Shown here: positions 1 to 13,300 of the stretch, one piece after another
Position numbering within the stretch: position 1 is the first letter of the stretch
How the letters are laid out: every line of letters starts with the position of its first letter
NCBI GenBank assembly: GCA_050575255.1
Contig: JBNZDD010013708.1
Span: forward strand, 4,866,810-4,930,809
Length of the DNA: 64,000 nt
Reading direction: 5' to 3'
Source: Harriotta raleighana
Taxonomy: Eukaryota
Position numbers and translations under genes: made by a program
Notes under the pieces: model-generated
Told to the model about the DNA's origin: nothing
What the model saw: the letters and a program-made list of their open reading frames with translations, nothing else
Databases searched by the model: none

Positions 1-916
1 AAATCCACCAAAATAGACTGGGACAAATAATAACAACAGGTTCAAAATGCAGATGATGTGCAGTAGACAAGAATGTGGCTGAAATGAAAGGTTATTTGTA
101 ATGTGTATCCATTTGTAATCTCAGTTCCTCTGTTGAAGCCATGACTAAGTAATTGGCATTTCCGCAGATAATTGTAAAGCTCTTACGTAGGACATCTACT
201 TCAAGTTTTAATAATGGCTTTCACACGTAGGATTTTGCCTCTAGTTTTGAATCACTCTGCCAGCTGAAGATTTATATTTACCGAAAGAGTAATTAATAGT
301 TGCCCGTAATTAAATCAAGTGAAACACAATGGCGATAACTAACCAAAGTCAGACTCACATGTGGCAAAGTTAAAACTTGCCTTGCAACTGAATTGTGAGA
401 TTTGTGAGGTTTGAAAGTGGATTGTGTTATTACAAGCAGAGTAACCGATTAGGAACATAGGAACAGAGGTAGCCTACTCAGCCCTTCCAGCCTGTTCTGC
501 CATTCTACAAGGTGACCAAAGTGTTGTGGTGCCATTATTATAACAACAACAAAATTACATTTGTAGAATGCCTTTCACATCGCGAAGATGTCCTAAGGTG
601 TGGAATAATCAGGGGTCAGGACCCAAACGTCATAATGTCTAATAAATCTTAAAGATATGAGGAAGAATTAAAGTAATTATTATTAAAATAAATGGTATCA
701 TGACTTTTTAGTCGCTCTGTATTAGATAATGGCTGATGTATACCTCTCCTCCAATTATTTTAATGCAATGGAATTGTGTGCACCAAAAGGTGTTAGAGAG
801 AGAGAGAGCTCTGGATCAGACAGTTTAGATGTAAACTGAACAGATGAGTCAGTTTCTATTAAATAGGAGGCTTATTTTGAGGGCTGTTAAAGGTCTTTGT
901 GGGTTCACACACAAAT

Positions 917-1191
917 GTGGAGTCCTGTAATTCAGTGGTTCCATTCCAGGCAGAGAGAAACCATGGGCAAGTTTCCTTACTCCACACACATGATAATAAT
1001 CCCTCAAGAAAAAAAAATTGGTCATTTCAACCCACATGTTTGTGGGACATTGCTGTGTGCAATTGGATGCCATGTTTCACCCACAAATATACAGTCAATT
1101 CACTTTACAGTATTCACTTTACAGTGAAGCTCTTTGAGACATCTAGAAGATGTGAAAAGTGCTATATCAAATGCAAGGATTATTATTATTA
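917..1191 (+). mobile_element. tRNA-derived SINE (dominant family), internally deleted
   Basis: ggcaagtttccttactccacac, gtttgtgggacattgctgtgtgcaattgg core and atatcaaatgcaaggattattatt tail shared with ~30 copies in the window. Confidence 0.8.
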
Positions 1192-1259
1192 ACTGTGAAG
1201 AAGTCAGACAGTGCTATCATTTCTGATTCTCATTCTCTGGAACTTTATTCTGACTGTAG

Positions 1260-1319
1260 TACTATACATATGAAGGAGAGCAAGGTGAAAAGGGCAACTT
1301 GATTAAGGAGGTAAAAGAG
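1260..1319 (+). CDS. NEB: NEB N-terminal acidic exon [17 protein letters not shown](VKE)
   Basis: ctgtag acceptor; in-frame donors after 1310 (gtaaaa) or 1319 (gtaatt); starts YYT like human exon 4 as recalled. Confidence 0.65.
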
Positions 1320-4300
1320 GTAATTACCTCTTGTATGTCGTCCGAAGACTTGCATGATATATTTGATGTGTGTGTGTGTGTTATATGCATCAAGATAATT
1401 GTTGCTCTATCGGTTTGCATGGTGGGTTTATTCCTCGTGCCCACAAAATATAAAACTAATTTGCTTTGCAGTACATCATGTGAAATGCTTTGAGATGTCT
1501 TAATTACATGATGAGGCTCTAAATGAAATACAAGGATTATTATTATTATTGCCAACACATAAGTGAAAAGTGGAGCATTTCATAGAGTCATACGGCACAA
1601 AAGGAGGCCCATCGAGTCTGTGCCAGCTCTTTAAAAAGAGCAATTTAATCCCACTCCCCAGCTCTATCCCCATAATCTCGCAAATCCGTCCTCCCCAAAT
1701 AAATGTCTACCTCTCTTTTAAAAGTTATTATTGAATCAGCCTCCACCACTGTTTCAGGCAATACATTCCAGATTCAAACAGCTTGCTGAGTCAAAAAAAT
1801 TCTCCTCACCTCCCCTCTGCTTCTTTTTGAAACTATTTTAAATCTGTGACCACGAGTCACTGATACGCCCACCAGTGGAAACAGTTTTTCCCTATCTACG
1901 CTTGTCGAATCCCCTCGTGATCTTAACAACCTCTATTAGGTCTCCTCGCAACCTTCTCTGTTCCAATGAGAATAAACTAGCCTCTCTAGTACGAGTCACT
2001 GATACGCCCACCAGTGGAAACAGTTTTTCCCTATCTACGCTTGTCGAATCCCCTCGTGATCTTAACAACCTCTATTAGGTCTCCTCGCAACCTTCTCTGT
2101 TCCAATGAGAATAAACTAGCCTCTCTAGTCTTTCCTCATAGCTGAAGTCCCTCAATCCTGGTACCATCCTAGTAAATCTCCTCTGCACCCTTTCCAATGC
2201 CTTTACATCCTTCCTAAAGTGTGCTGACCAGAATTGTACATTGTATTCCAGCTGAGGTCTAACCAAAGTTTTCTAGAGTTTAGTCAGAACTTCCTGACTT
2301 TTGTACTCTATGCCCCTATTTATAAAGTCTAGTATCCCATATGGTTTTTTGACAGCCTTGTCTACTTGTCCTGCCACCTTTAAAGAATCACTCACACCAA
2401 ACCCCAGGTCTCTCTGTTCCTTCACACCCCTTAAAATTGTTCAACTTAGCCTACATTGCCTCCTTTCATTTCTCCTCCCAAAATTCATCACTTCACATTT
2501 CTCTACATTAAATTTCATCTGCCATGTGTCTGTCCATTTTACCATTCGGTCTATAGCTTCTTGCAGATGACTACTATCCTCTGTATTTACTATTTTTCCT
2601 AACTTTGTGTCATCAACAAACTTCGAAATGGTACTCCATTATATATTTCTTTGTGTGAACACTGGACTTGTGAATGACAGCCTTATTTTATTGGGATCAT
2701 CCATTATAGTCAAACCCAAACCCTAGTTCTAATCTAGCTATTGCCTCGTAAATGTCACTATAAGTCACTTTGTCAGCCTGGGGAAGGAATAAAACATTGT
2801 CTATTTAAAATGTAACCCTACAATATGTATGAGCCAAACTTTGCTCTTGGAGTTTCCAGGGGACCTGTGATAACTGGTGAAGTAGAGGAGAGGGCAATTT
2901 CAGTGACAATGAGACTACAATGCCATAAGACAGATGTGCTAACTGGTCTTTCAATTCTAGAATTACATAAGAATTACATAACATAAGAACATAAGAATAA
3001 GAAGCAGGAGTATGCCATTCGGCCCCTCGAGCCTGCCCTGCCATTCAATAAGCTCATGGCTGATCTTCTAATCTAACTCCACCTGCCCGCCTTATCCCCA
3101 TATCCCTTAATCCCTTTATCCATAAGAAATCTATCAATTATGGAATATAAAAGCACCGAAGGAGGCCATTTGGTCCATTGTGCCTGAGCTCGCATTTTAT
3201 AATAACTACCCAATCAGTCCCACTGCCCCGCTCCTTCCTCATATCCTTGCAAATTATTTGAGTTTGAAAGAATCCACAATGTAGCGAACTCCTTGGGTCT
3301 CGACCCAAAACAGTGTTGTGTTGCTCAGTCTGGGTAAGAGTGCGCTCAGTCTCTGTCAAGGCGACATGATTTGTGCCTGTCTTGTTGGCCTGCCGACACA
3401 TTTAGTTGGATGCTTTGCCCTTTTGCCTGAGGTTGAATTGTTTCCGAGCATTGAAACATGGCTGATGAGCAGCTCCCACCACTTTGCGATTGGCAACACG
3501 TGGATCGACTTGGGAGCATTGCATTGGAGCCCCGTTTCCAGCGATCAAAGATGATCTGGAGGGCTGGATGGACGAACACATACAGAGATGATTCTAGGGT
3601 TTTATCCTGAGCTTTGGCACCTTCCGGGGGCTGGAATTCCCGCTTCCCACCTTTGTGTGGATCTCGAAATAGAGAACCCCATGTTACAGTCACCTGCTTT
3701 CTGCTGCCGTGTGCATGCCTTGGGTTCAATGCGCAGCAAGCAATCGCAACGTGCTTTGTAAAGGTGCCTTTTGTCGCATGGCCACTTAGTGTGTGGATCA
3801 GCATTTACTGCCGTCAAATGCCAGGGGAATAGTCTGCTGCAGTAAATGTGACACCCTTCATTTAGCTGTTTGATCAACAATTTTTCTTCGCTGCAAGATT
3901 TCGGAACCACGTACAACCATTACAAAGGTTAGGACAGCAATGGTTTTAAAAACATGTTTCAGAACAAACTAAAATGGTGCGGTCAATCAATTTGTGATGC
4001 AAACAAATCTGGTAACATGTTTTAACCAGAACATAGTTCTATTATATTATTTTTCGAATGATATTTTTAACATCAAAAATGAATAAGACAAGAAATACAT
4101 CATTAAAAATAAGACAAGGTTGTTTTCCTACGGCACATCTGTATAGGCTTTTTCTTCAACTGTGAAAAAACTGACGTTTGCGTACATGCTCCAGAAAGCC
4201 CAGAAATTCTGCCTAGTCTCAGCCTTTGTGTCTATTTTGCCTTATTTAAGGTCAGGGAGAATGGTGGAAACATTCTAAAAGAATTTGATCACTCAACCTA

Positions 4301-7300
4301 TGACTGTTTGTGAGCCACTGCTGTGCTCAATTGGCTGCCGTGTTTTACCAACAATATATACAGTAATTTCACTTTACAGTATGTTCTGCAAAGCACTTTC
4401 AGACGTCTCAACAACCTGATCAGGCACTATATCAAATACAAGGATTCTTATCAGTAATATTACTCAAATTTAGCCTTAATTTGGAAATCCGTGTTTTTTA
4501 AGATGTTTTAAAAATTGCCTTCCAAATTAAAACTAACTCAAGAATTTTCCACAATTCTGCCCAATCTTAGGTTTTAAAACAAGATAATCTTGCCAGGCTG
4601 AAACCAGTGGATTTTCTTTTGGTCTCTTGACATTTGCATTTCCATTTTATTTAATGGGATTTGTATGGATTTGCGTATATTGGAGTACTGTACTGCAATA
4701 AATAGTGAGACTGTTGATTGAAGCATCTGCAGATTGCTCAGTGTTGCATACAATTGCAAGAATCCAAAGATTTGTCCTGACAGAGCGAGATTGTTTGCAA
4801 ATGCACTATCTCTCACACTTGATTTAGTGGTTTGGTTATTTTTCTTTCCAACAAGGTTTCGGAACCACGAACGGTCATCAAACGGGTGAGAATATCAATG
4901 ACGTTTAAAACAAAAAGTGTCCTTTGATTAACAAAACACAACATCACAGCTACCTACTAGGCAGTCGAGACAGAGCTGTATACAGCCTGGAGCATGATTC
5001 TCTTGCTTCTTATCATGTTCATGCATCCTTTAGTATCAAAAGCATATCAGATTGGAAAAACATGGCTCAATAGTGGCTTTTTTATTTTTCTTCAAATGGC
5101 CATTTCATGCAAAGCTACATTAAATTATCATTGTTTCCCATGTCACATTTTTGTTGTTGCAAAGGAATTGAGTTGACCTGAAGGTTGTTGTTCTTTCTTA
5201 CTAGGTTTCGGAACCGTCCACGACCTTTACACAGGTGAGACTCTATAAAAACTGTATTGTCCAATGTTGTTGGCATTATGTGCTGGGTGCAAATTAATGC
5301 CGCCTTTTCCTTGGGTGTTTTAAGTCCCAGCAGATCCAATCCGAAGATGGGTTAACTGTACGAAAAGCACGAAAGAAACGGAAGGTTGACACTTCAAAGT
5401 TCATGACACCTTACCTTGAGCACAGTCAGAAGATGCAGAATCTTTTCAGCCAGGTACAGAGTGAATCACGCCTTTTTTGTGTCTCACGGCTGTTTGAGTG
5501 TCTGTTTGTTTTATGTTCTTTTATCATTCCACTCTTTGCCTTGGCTAATTAGTGATAGAAAATAATAATAATTTGGTTGCTTCAATCAATCCATAATTCT
5601 TTGTGGGACGCTGCTATGTGCAATTGGCTGCTGCGTGGTGCCCACGAAATGTTCTGAAAAGTGCTTTGAGATACCACAGCAGCATGATAAGGCACTATAT
5701 CAGTCGCAAGGATTATTCTTCTTTTTATTATTAGTTCACCAGCAGGGCCTATGAAATGTTATACAATTTACCAAGAGTAACAATTCTCAGGAATTTTTTT
5801 TTGGGGGGAAAGAGGAATTAGCCCGGCTTAGTTAGTTACTGTTACTTCGTTCTTTGTGCTTTTATACGTAGAACAAATACAAAGAATTACATGAAAAGGA
5901 AAGAGGAAAATCTTATGCTGTTACCTTGGACACGCCAGAACTTAGGAGGATTCGCAAGGTGCAGAGGCAGCTCAGTGATGTGAGTACAAGAACAAAATTA
6001 TATTTATAGAGTGCATTTCACTTTGGGAGGCTGCTTGTCAAAGTTACGGGCGGGCAATGTTGCTCACACTGCCTGCAATGATGTAAAAATGGCTGGTGTT
6101 TTACCAGATCCATTTTTAATGCTTAATGTTAATGATCCAGACTGCTCATTTACTGACCACAGGATCAGTATCTCAGGACCATCATCTTCCAACAACAACC
6201 ACAACGATGACAACAAATTACATTTATACAGTGCCTTTCACGTCGGGAGGACATCCTAAAGCATTGGATAGTCAAGGAATCGGAATGATTGGAGGGTATG
6301 GAGGGTGGAGGTTAAGGGGAGGAATGAAGAGATGGCGGTTATTCTTCTTTAGTTGGTAAATATACCAGATTTCGGTAAAAGGCACTTATGATGAGACTTC
6401 GATTGATTGGAATTGTTGGACAACAAGGGATGTAATAGGAACCAGCATTGATGTGTTGTGCCTATTACGTTGTGTCCACCGTGTAATGCAAGTGATTTGG
6501 AGAGCCTATCATATGCAATGTGGCTATAGTGTATATAAATGGATACTTCTGCCAATTTCTCCACCCATGTTTGTGTCTCAATGATCCAGGTCAAGTATCG
6601 TATGGAGGGGGACAAGGCGAAGACTGTCAGCCATGTTGATGGACAAGCTCGGGATATTGCCCACGCCAAACACGTTTCCCAGTTAGTCAGCAAGGTAAGT
6701 CCGACATGACTGCCACTGGCCCAGCCAAGCACAGTTCCATAAATACTTACAGCTAGCACGGCTGAGGAGTTACTCGCCACATTGTGTCTGCTTGAGCCAA
6801 CTCTTTTAACATCAATCCAATAATGGTGGTGACTAATGAAAGCCGCACAATACTTAAATTCAAGCATTTCCATTTTCATTGAGGAGCTATATCTGCGCAG
6901 TTGTGGCAAGTTTATGTGGGATGGACTCAAGCTATGCCGGAATAAGGCAAGTATTGAACAGGGTGTCCACAAAATCCTCTTACCTCCCACCCCCGTTACA
7001 AAAAACTACATGGAACTATGGCAAAATGGAAACAAACAGACTATAGTTAAACACTTGGAAAGCAAAGGTCTCAATGTTGGAAAGGCAGGGAAATGGCCTT
7101 GAAGGTTATGCCACCATCTGGAAAAAATAGTGGAAGAGGTTTTTGATGGGGTTATCCTCTTAGTTCTGTACCTGTGTCACTAGAACAGCTACCAGTTTCC
7201 TCAACAGTAACACGTTGAAACAAACAGACCTATAGAAAGAGGAGATTACCATACAATCTGTGGTTTACTAATTGGCATTGCTTCTTAGGTGTGGTGTGCA

Positions 7301-10300
7301 GCTCTGGGTATTGTAGTGGATAGTGCAAGCGAGAGGACTACTGTTTGTGGGATTGCAATTGTCGAAATTGGCTTCGCCCACAAAATATGCAATCAATTCA
7401 ATTTACAGTATAATTAGGCATGTGATTAGACGCTATCTCAAATACAAGGATTATTATTATTTTTATTATTACAGTAGAAATTCAATTCAATGGCATATGA
7501 TGTGGAATTGAAGAGCACTTGAGCTGATTTAATAAGAGTCAAATTTCACAGCCACTCTTATATAAAAAAATCCATCAATGAAACTGACACCACGTCTTGG
7601 CTGAGGGTACCTTGGCTGAGGGTTAACCTTCTGTTACTGAGCTCAGAGTTTCCAATCTTGCAAAGCCATGGTTTTAGCTGGTTAGACTCCAGGAGTTACC
7701 TCAACGCACTCCACGTGAGTGCGTTGGGATAACCTTGGTTGGTTAATAATATTCCTAATACCTTGGATGCATCCCACCAGGGAGGGAGTGCACATTTCAT
7801 TCCAACAATCTATCTCTTGGGATTTCCGTGTGTATGTTGAATGGCTGGTAATTCTTAGTTTGGTTTGGAGACTCTGAAGCAGTTGTGATGGGTTTCCACA
7901 TGTGTTGGACATTGGCTGACCTGCTTTGTTTGTTCCAGGTGTTGTACAAACAGAAGTGGGAGGAATCGAAAGACGTGTACCAGCTGCCCCCGGACGCCCC
8001 TGAGCTTGTGCAAGCTGTGAAGTTTGCCGCAATGTTCAGCCCGGTAAGGCAAGACTTTTAAAGATATTTTTAAACCATCATGTTGACTCCTAGAACGTAT
8101 TAGTTGGAGCACTAGCCTTCGCAAGAGAGAGAACCTGGGTTTGATTCCAGGGCAGATCAAAACTTTAGCAAAGTTTCCTTACACCTCACTCCTTTGTTTA
8201 CCTGGCAGTTAAATAGTTAATCGGTTGTTAGTCGATTGATGAATCGTTTTCTGGTGGTCATAATCACTAAGAAAAATTGAGGCACTCCATCCATGACTGT
8301 TTGGGCAATTGGCTGCCGCGTTTCGCACACAAAATATACAACAACAACAAAATTGTACTTGCATACCGCCTTTCAGTCAATTAACTAACTTTACAATATT
8401 CTGTGAAGTGCTTTGAGATTCGTCAACAACTTGATAAGGAGCTAAATCAAAAGCAAGGATTATTATCATTATTATTATATTATTATATGAGACACTTGCA
8501 ATGGAAACTCTGCTTAAACGTCTTTCCTTTCCATTTTTTCCCCTTGAAGAAATTGTACAAGGAAGACTGGGAACACGACAAAGTCTTCTACTTTCCTTAC
8601 TCTGACAGTCCAGAGCTCAGAAGAGTTGCCAATGCTCAGAAAGTGCTCAGCGATGTGAGTAGCCTTTAGCGCAAGTATATAGGTAAAATTTAGTGGTTTG
8701 TTTGCTTTTTATTGTTCTTGTTGGGAAAAGTGTGTCCCGTAATCAAAAATGGTGAAAAAATAAAACAATAATTTGCTTCAATGAAAACAGAAGTCGCTGG
8801 GAACAAGCAGCAGGTCAGGCAGCATCTATGGAGAGAGGACAATGAGTTAACTTTCAGGCTTTTCGTCAGAACTGAAATTTACTTCCATTGGCTTGTGTGG
8901 TCCAGGGACAGAACAAGTGATACGTCATTCGGGTACGAGGAAGATAAAATTGGAAGGCAAATCTTTACCTCCCAGGCTGGTTTAACTGTGACAGAAGAGC
9001 AGAATTTCCCAATGTCCTCGGTATTCAGCCGAGATGGGGTTGGGTGTTAGCAGTAATAAAAAAAAGGCCAATTAAAATGGTAGATTAGCAATTGTATTGA
9101 ACTCGGCTGTGTTGTAATGATTAGGAAAGTGAGTTACAGCTGGACGGAGCTCTTGTCAGGCTGCACCTAAAGTACTGTATGCACTTCGAATTCAAGATCC
9201 TCATCCTTACCTACAAGGCCATTCACGGCCTTGCTCCCTCCTACCTCTCTGACCTACTATCCCCCTATCTACCTGCCCAGACCCTCCGTTCCTCTGGCTC
9301 TGGTCTGCTGCCCTAACTGCCCTACCATCGGCGGCCGGGCTTTCAGCCGCTCAGCCCCCAGGCTCTGGAACTCCATCCCCCAGTGCCTTCGCCTCGCTTC
9401 CTCCCTTTCCTCCTTCAAGGCCGGTCTCAAGTCCTTTCTCTTCGACCGTGCCTTCAGCTCCCCTCTTGACTCTCTACCCCCTCCTCTCTCCCTCCCTCCC
9501 GTCCCCTCGCCCTGATCATTTCCCCCTGCTCGGGTCCTAAACCAACTGTCCAGAACCTTGGGACGTCCTCCTGACGTGAAACGCGCTCTATACATGCAAT
9601 CTTGTTGTTGTTGTTCTGGTCACCATGGTGTAATGGGGCTAATCAGGTTCTAGAGAGGGAGAGAAAGAAAGTTGATGCCCCTGCATTTGTGGAATGATCC
9701 GAAAGGAACAAACAGACAAGTTGAGTCTCTTCAGTCTTGAATGGAGATATCTCAAAGAGAACTTTATAACTCACTGACAACAGAAGGTATCATTGATAGT
9801 GGAGCTAACGATGCTGTTTCTCGAGGGCTCGTTCCATTCCAGAGGCAGGGAAATTTTTATGTGTAGTTGGCGTGGTTCTGTTGGACCTCTGAGTCCAATA
9901 TGGATTCTCTTGAGCAAGTTTCAGACACCTGTTTCAGCCCCACACCCCCTTCCTCCTTGTTTCTTCCTTTGTAGATTCAGTACAAGAAAGGACATGATGA
10001 GCGAAAGGCCAAGTATACTTCGCTGGCAAACCCACCAGATGTGGAACTTGCCAAAAAGGCTTTCATTCAACTCAGTGACGTAAGTGATCTTTATCACCCA
10101 TTCAAATGAACGTTCAGATTAGTTATGTACAAGCACATATAAAGAAATGGGTCTTATCGGATTCAATTTGCCATCAGTTACTCTCATTGATAAATCCACC
10201 CATCTCTCATTATCATCATTTCTGGATCGTGAGAGCAACCTTGAAAGTTTGGAACTTGTCTGCCCCTGATCTATTCTAAGCGTGAAGTGAATCTGTAATC

Positions 10301-13300
10301 GGATGGCATCCAGCGGAATACGAGCCTCATTTGACGACCACAGAACCAAAAGGAGAGGGGTGCAAATCCAGTCATGTTTAACAAGCTGACAGTCGGTGTA
10401 ACAATTCCTGATACTTGTACCGTGAATGAATTATTGCAATACAGAAAATTCTGAGATGGATTTGGACACCCGTCAAATCTTAGTTCATCACCTGAGCAGT
10501 TTACTGGATTCCCCTTTTGTGCTTTTAATGTCCATGATGAAAAGTATGTTGGTGGATAAAAATTGCCATGCTATATTGGCCAAGAATCATCATCCACACA
10601 GAAGCTAACCTAAAAGCCCAATCTACTGTATTTTCTTTCTTTCAGCTTAAGTACCATGAAGACCACAAGAAAAATAAGGGTAAATGGAGTCAAACTCCTT
10701 GCTATGAAGTTGCTGTCGCCAAAATGAATTCTGACAATTTGAGCACAGTAAGTATGATTATTATTATTAATAATAATAAATAAAAACAGAAATCTCTTAG
10801 AACACTCAGCAGGCAGCACGTATGGAGGGAGAAAAGTGAGTTAACGTTTCAGGTCAATGATATTTTGTCAGAACTCAATAATAATCACAACAATACCAAT
10901 CCTTGAAATGGCAACAGTATCACGGTTAAGTGCTGTCAAGTGTAGTGACTGGGCATTGAGGGCAGTTGTAGGGGTATTTACATTTATGTAAACACTATTG
11001 TGGGGTGGGGGATAATTCATAAAGGTGGAACCTTTATCGAATACATTTCACAATCAACAGATAGAATGTCGGAGGACATCTCAGAGTGCTTCACAGTACA
11101 CTGCACTGCATACACCTTAGAGTGTAATTTGTAGCCAAACTGAATTTGGGAATTAAGGGTCAATGAGGCACACAGAGAATACAGTATATACAACAACAAC
11201 AAAATTACATTTGTATAGCACCTTTCACGTCGGTGAACATCCCAAGGCACTGGACGGTCAATGTTTCTGACCCAAGCTGGGGTCTTGAGGCGGGACTTTA
11301 AGAAGGCTAGGGAGAGGGCAAGGTGGAGGGACTGCGGAATAGAGTTTTAGAGGCTGGGGCAGAGTGCCTGAAGGCTAGCCCGCTGTTGGTGGGGCAGGCA
11401 GGTCAAAGGAAATGGAGTAGGCCAGAGCCTGCTGAGTGAAGGGAGTGGGCAGATTGGTAGGGGGTTAGGAGGTTGCAAAGATAGGGTGGGGTGAGACCAT
11501 GGAGGGCTCTAAAATAAAATAGGGAAATGGGATTAAAAGATCTACATTAAATGGACAGAATAGGCCTGACAGACTGAATGATCTCCTCTTGATCCTGTGA
11601 ATGGAAACGAAGAAACACTAGTTTTCTTCATCTTCTGTACCTCAGGGTTTAAGGGTGTCAAATTCATTCAAAAAGTGAGTGAGACACGAGTAGCAGGATA
11701 CAGAGTGCTCTGTTTGGCAGCTGTGTTAACAGTTTTGTTACAAGCGTGAGTTTCCCATTGTCAGTGTGTGACAAGTGATTTCTTACACCAAATAAACAGT
11801 TCACGTTAAACTCAATGAACTGGTGTTATTCCTGATAGATCAGTAAACAAACAATAACAACTGCATTTATATAGCATCGCACATGCAGTGTAGCGTCTCA
11901 GGGCGCTTGACAATTACAAAGCACAATGGTGAGTGGGGATGGAGGAATAGAGGAAGAGTGTTGGGGCATAGAAGCTGAAAACGCAGCCAGCGATGATGGA
12001 ACACAGGACGTGGAGGAAGCTGGAAACAGTCGAGCGGGAGTGGCAGATAGTGGGTCAAGATGTAAGCGAGGCGCAGAGGTGGGGAGATGCCATGAAGGGA
12101 TGGGATTTGAAGACAAAAAGACGTGTGAAAGGGCTGCGCTATCGGTATTTCTCTGTAGACAATGCAAGGATTTAGAAGCGATGGATCATGCTTCCAAAAT
12201 GTCCTGAAGCATACTTTCTAAATGGAGATGGTTTACATATATGGATCTCTCAGTCTGGCTTGGCCACTCGTGTGGGAGGGATGGATTTCCTGATGTGTCA
12301 AGCACTCGGCGTGACCAAAAGAGCTAAAGAGAAACCATTTTGAACTGCTGTTGACTCAAAAAATAACGAATGCATTTTCTTTTTCTCCACCATCTTAGAA
12401 AAAATATCAGGAGGCTTACGAGGAAATGAAAGACCAAATTTATTTCATGCAAACTGATACTCCTCAATATACCGCCAATAAGAAATCCGGAAATATAGCC
12501 AGCTCGGTAAGTGGTACTCAAAGTGTTCCAAGTTCCTGTTTTTGAGATGAATTATTTCACTTGAGCAGTGATAAAATAAGAATCCTTGCATTTGATATAG
12601 CGCCTGATCATGTCATTGTCATGTCAAAGAGCTTCACAGAATATATTGTAAAATGAATTGAGTGTATATTTTGTGCGAGAAATGTGGCAACTAATTGCGC
12701 ACAGCAATGTCCCACAAACAATCGTAGATTGAGTGACTAATTTTTTTGAGAGAGATTGTTACCCCAGGAAAAGCGATCCTCCATTCAACTAACAACTGGG
12801 TTCCTACTTACTGCTAGATAATCAGAGGCATGTGAAGTAAGGAAACTTAACTAAGACTTTGCCTCGGCCGCGAATCAAACCCGGGTCCTCTCGCTTGCGA
12901 GGCGAGCGCGCTAACCACTCCACTATGGACTTCACAGAAGGTTTAAAGCTCCTCTGATTATTTACATTTTGGATTGTTTAGGTAAAGTACAGGTTGGACT
13001 ATGAGAAGAACAAAGACAAGACCGACTACAACACTCTTCCCGCTACGGAAAATCCTCTTCTTCAGCAGTTGAAATCTGCCGGACAAGCAGTGAGTGATGT
13101 AAGTATCTCCCACCCTCCACACCCCTCTCTCTATTATAAACACAGAAGTCGCTGGGAACAAGCAGCAGGTCCGACAGCATCTATGGAGAGAGGAAAATTA
13201 ATTAACTTTTCAGGTCAATGACCTTTCGTCAGAACTGGGGGATGTTGGAGAGAAACTCCTCTCTCTATACCTCGATTACCCTTCCCAAACCCCCCACCCC

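Noticed and set aside
729-740. ATGGCTGAT as a possible NEB start (MAD...)
   Set aside because: Lies in a CR1-type 3' end motif (attagataatggctgat.t.tacctc), is not followed by acidic codons and has no suitable donor.
6349-6990. 213-aa minus-strand ORF, the longest in the track
   Set aside because: No recognisable domain; antisense shadow over a NEB exon and intron.
12860-12931. tRNA-like sequence, also at other SINE heads
   Set aside because: Continuous with SINE body and tail; not a stand-alone tRNA gene.
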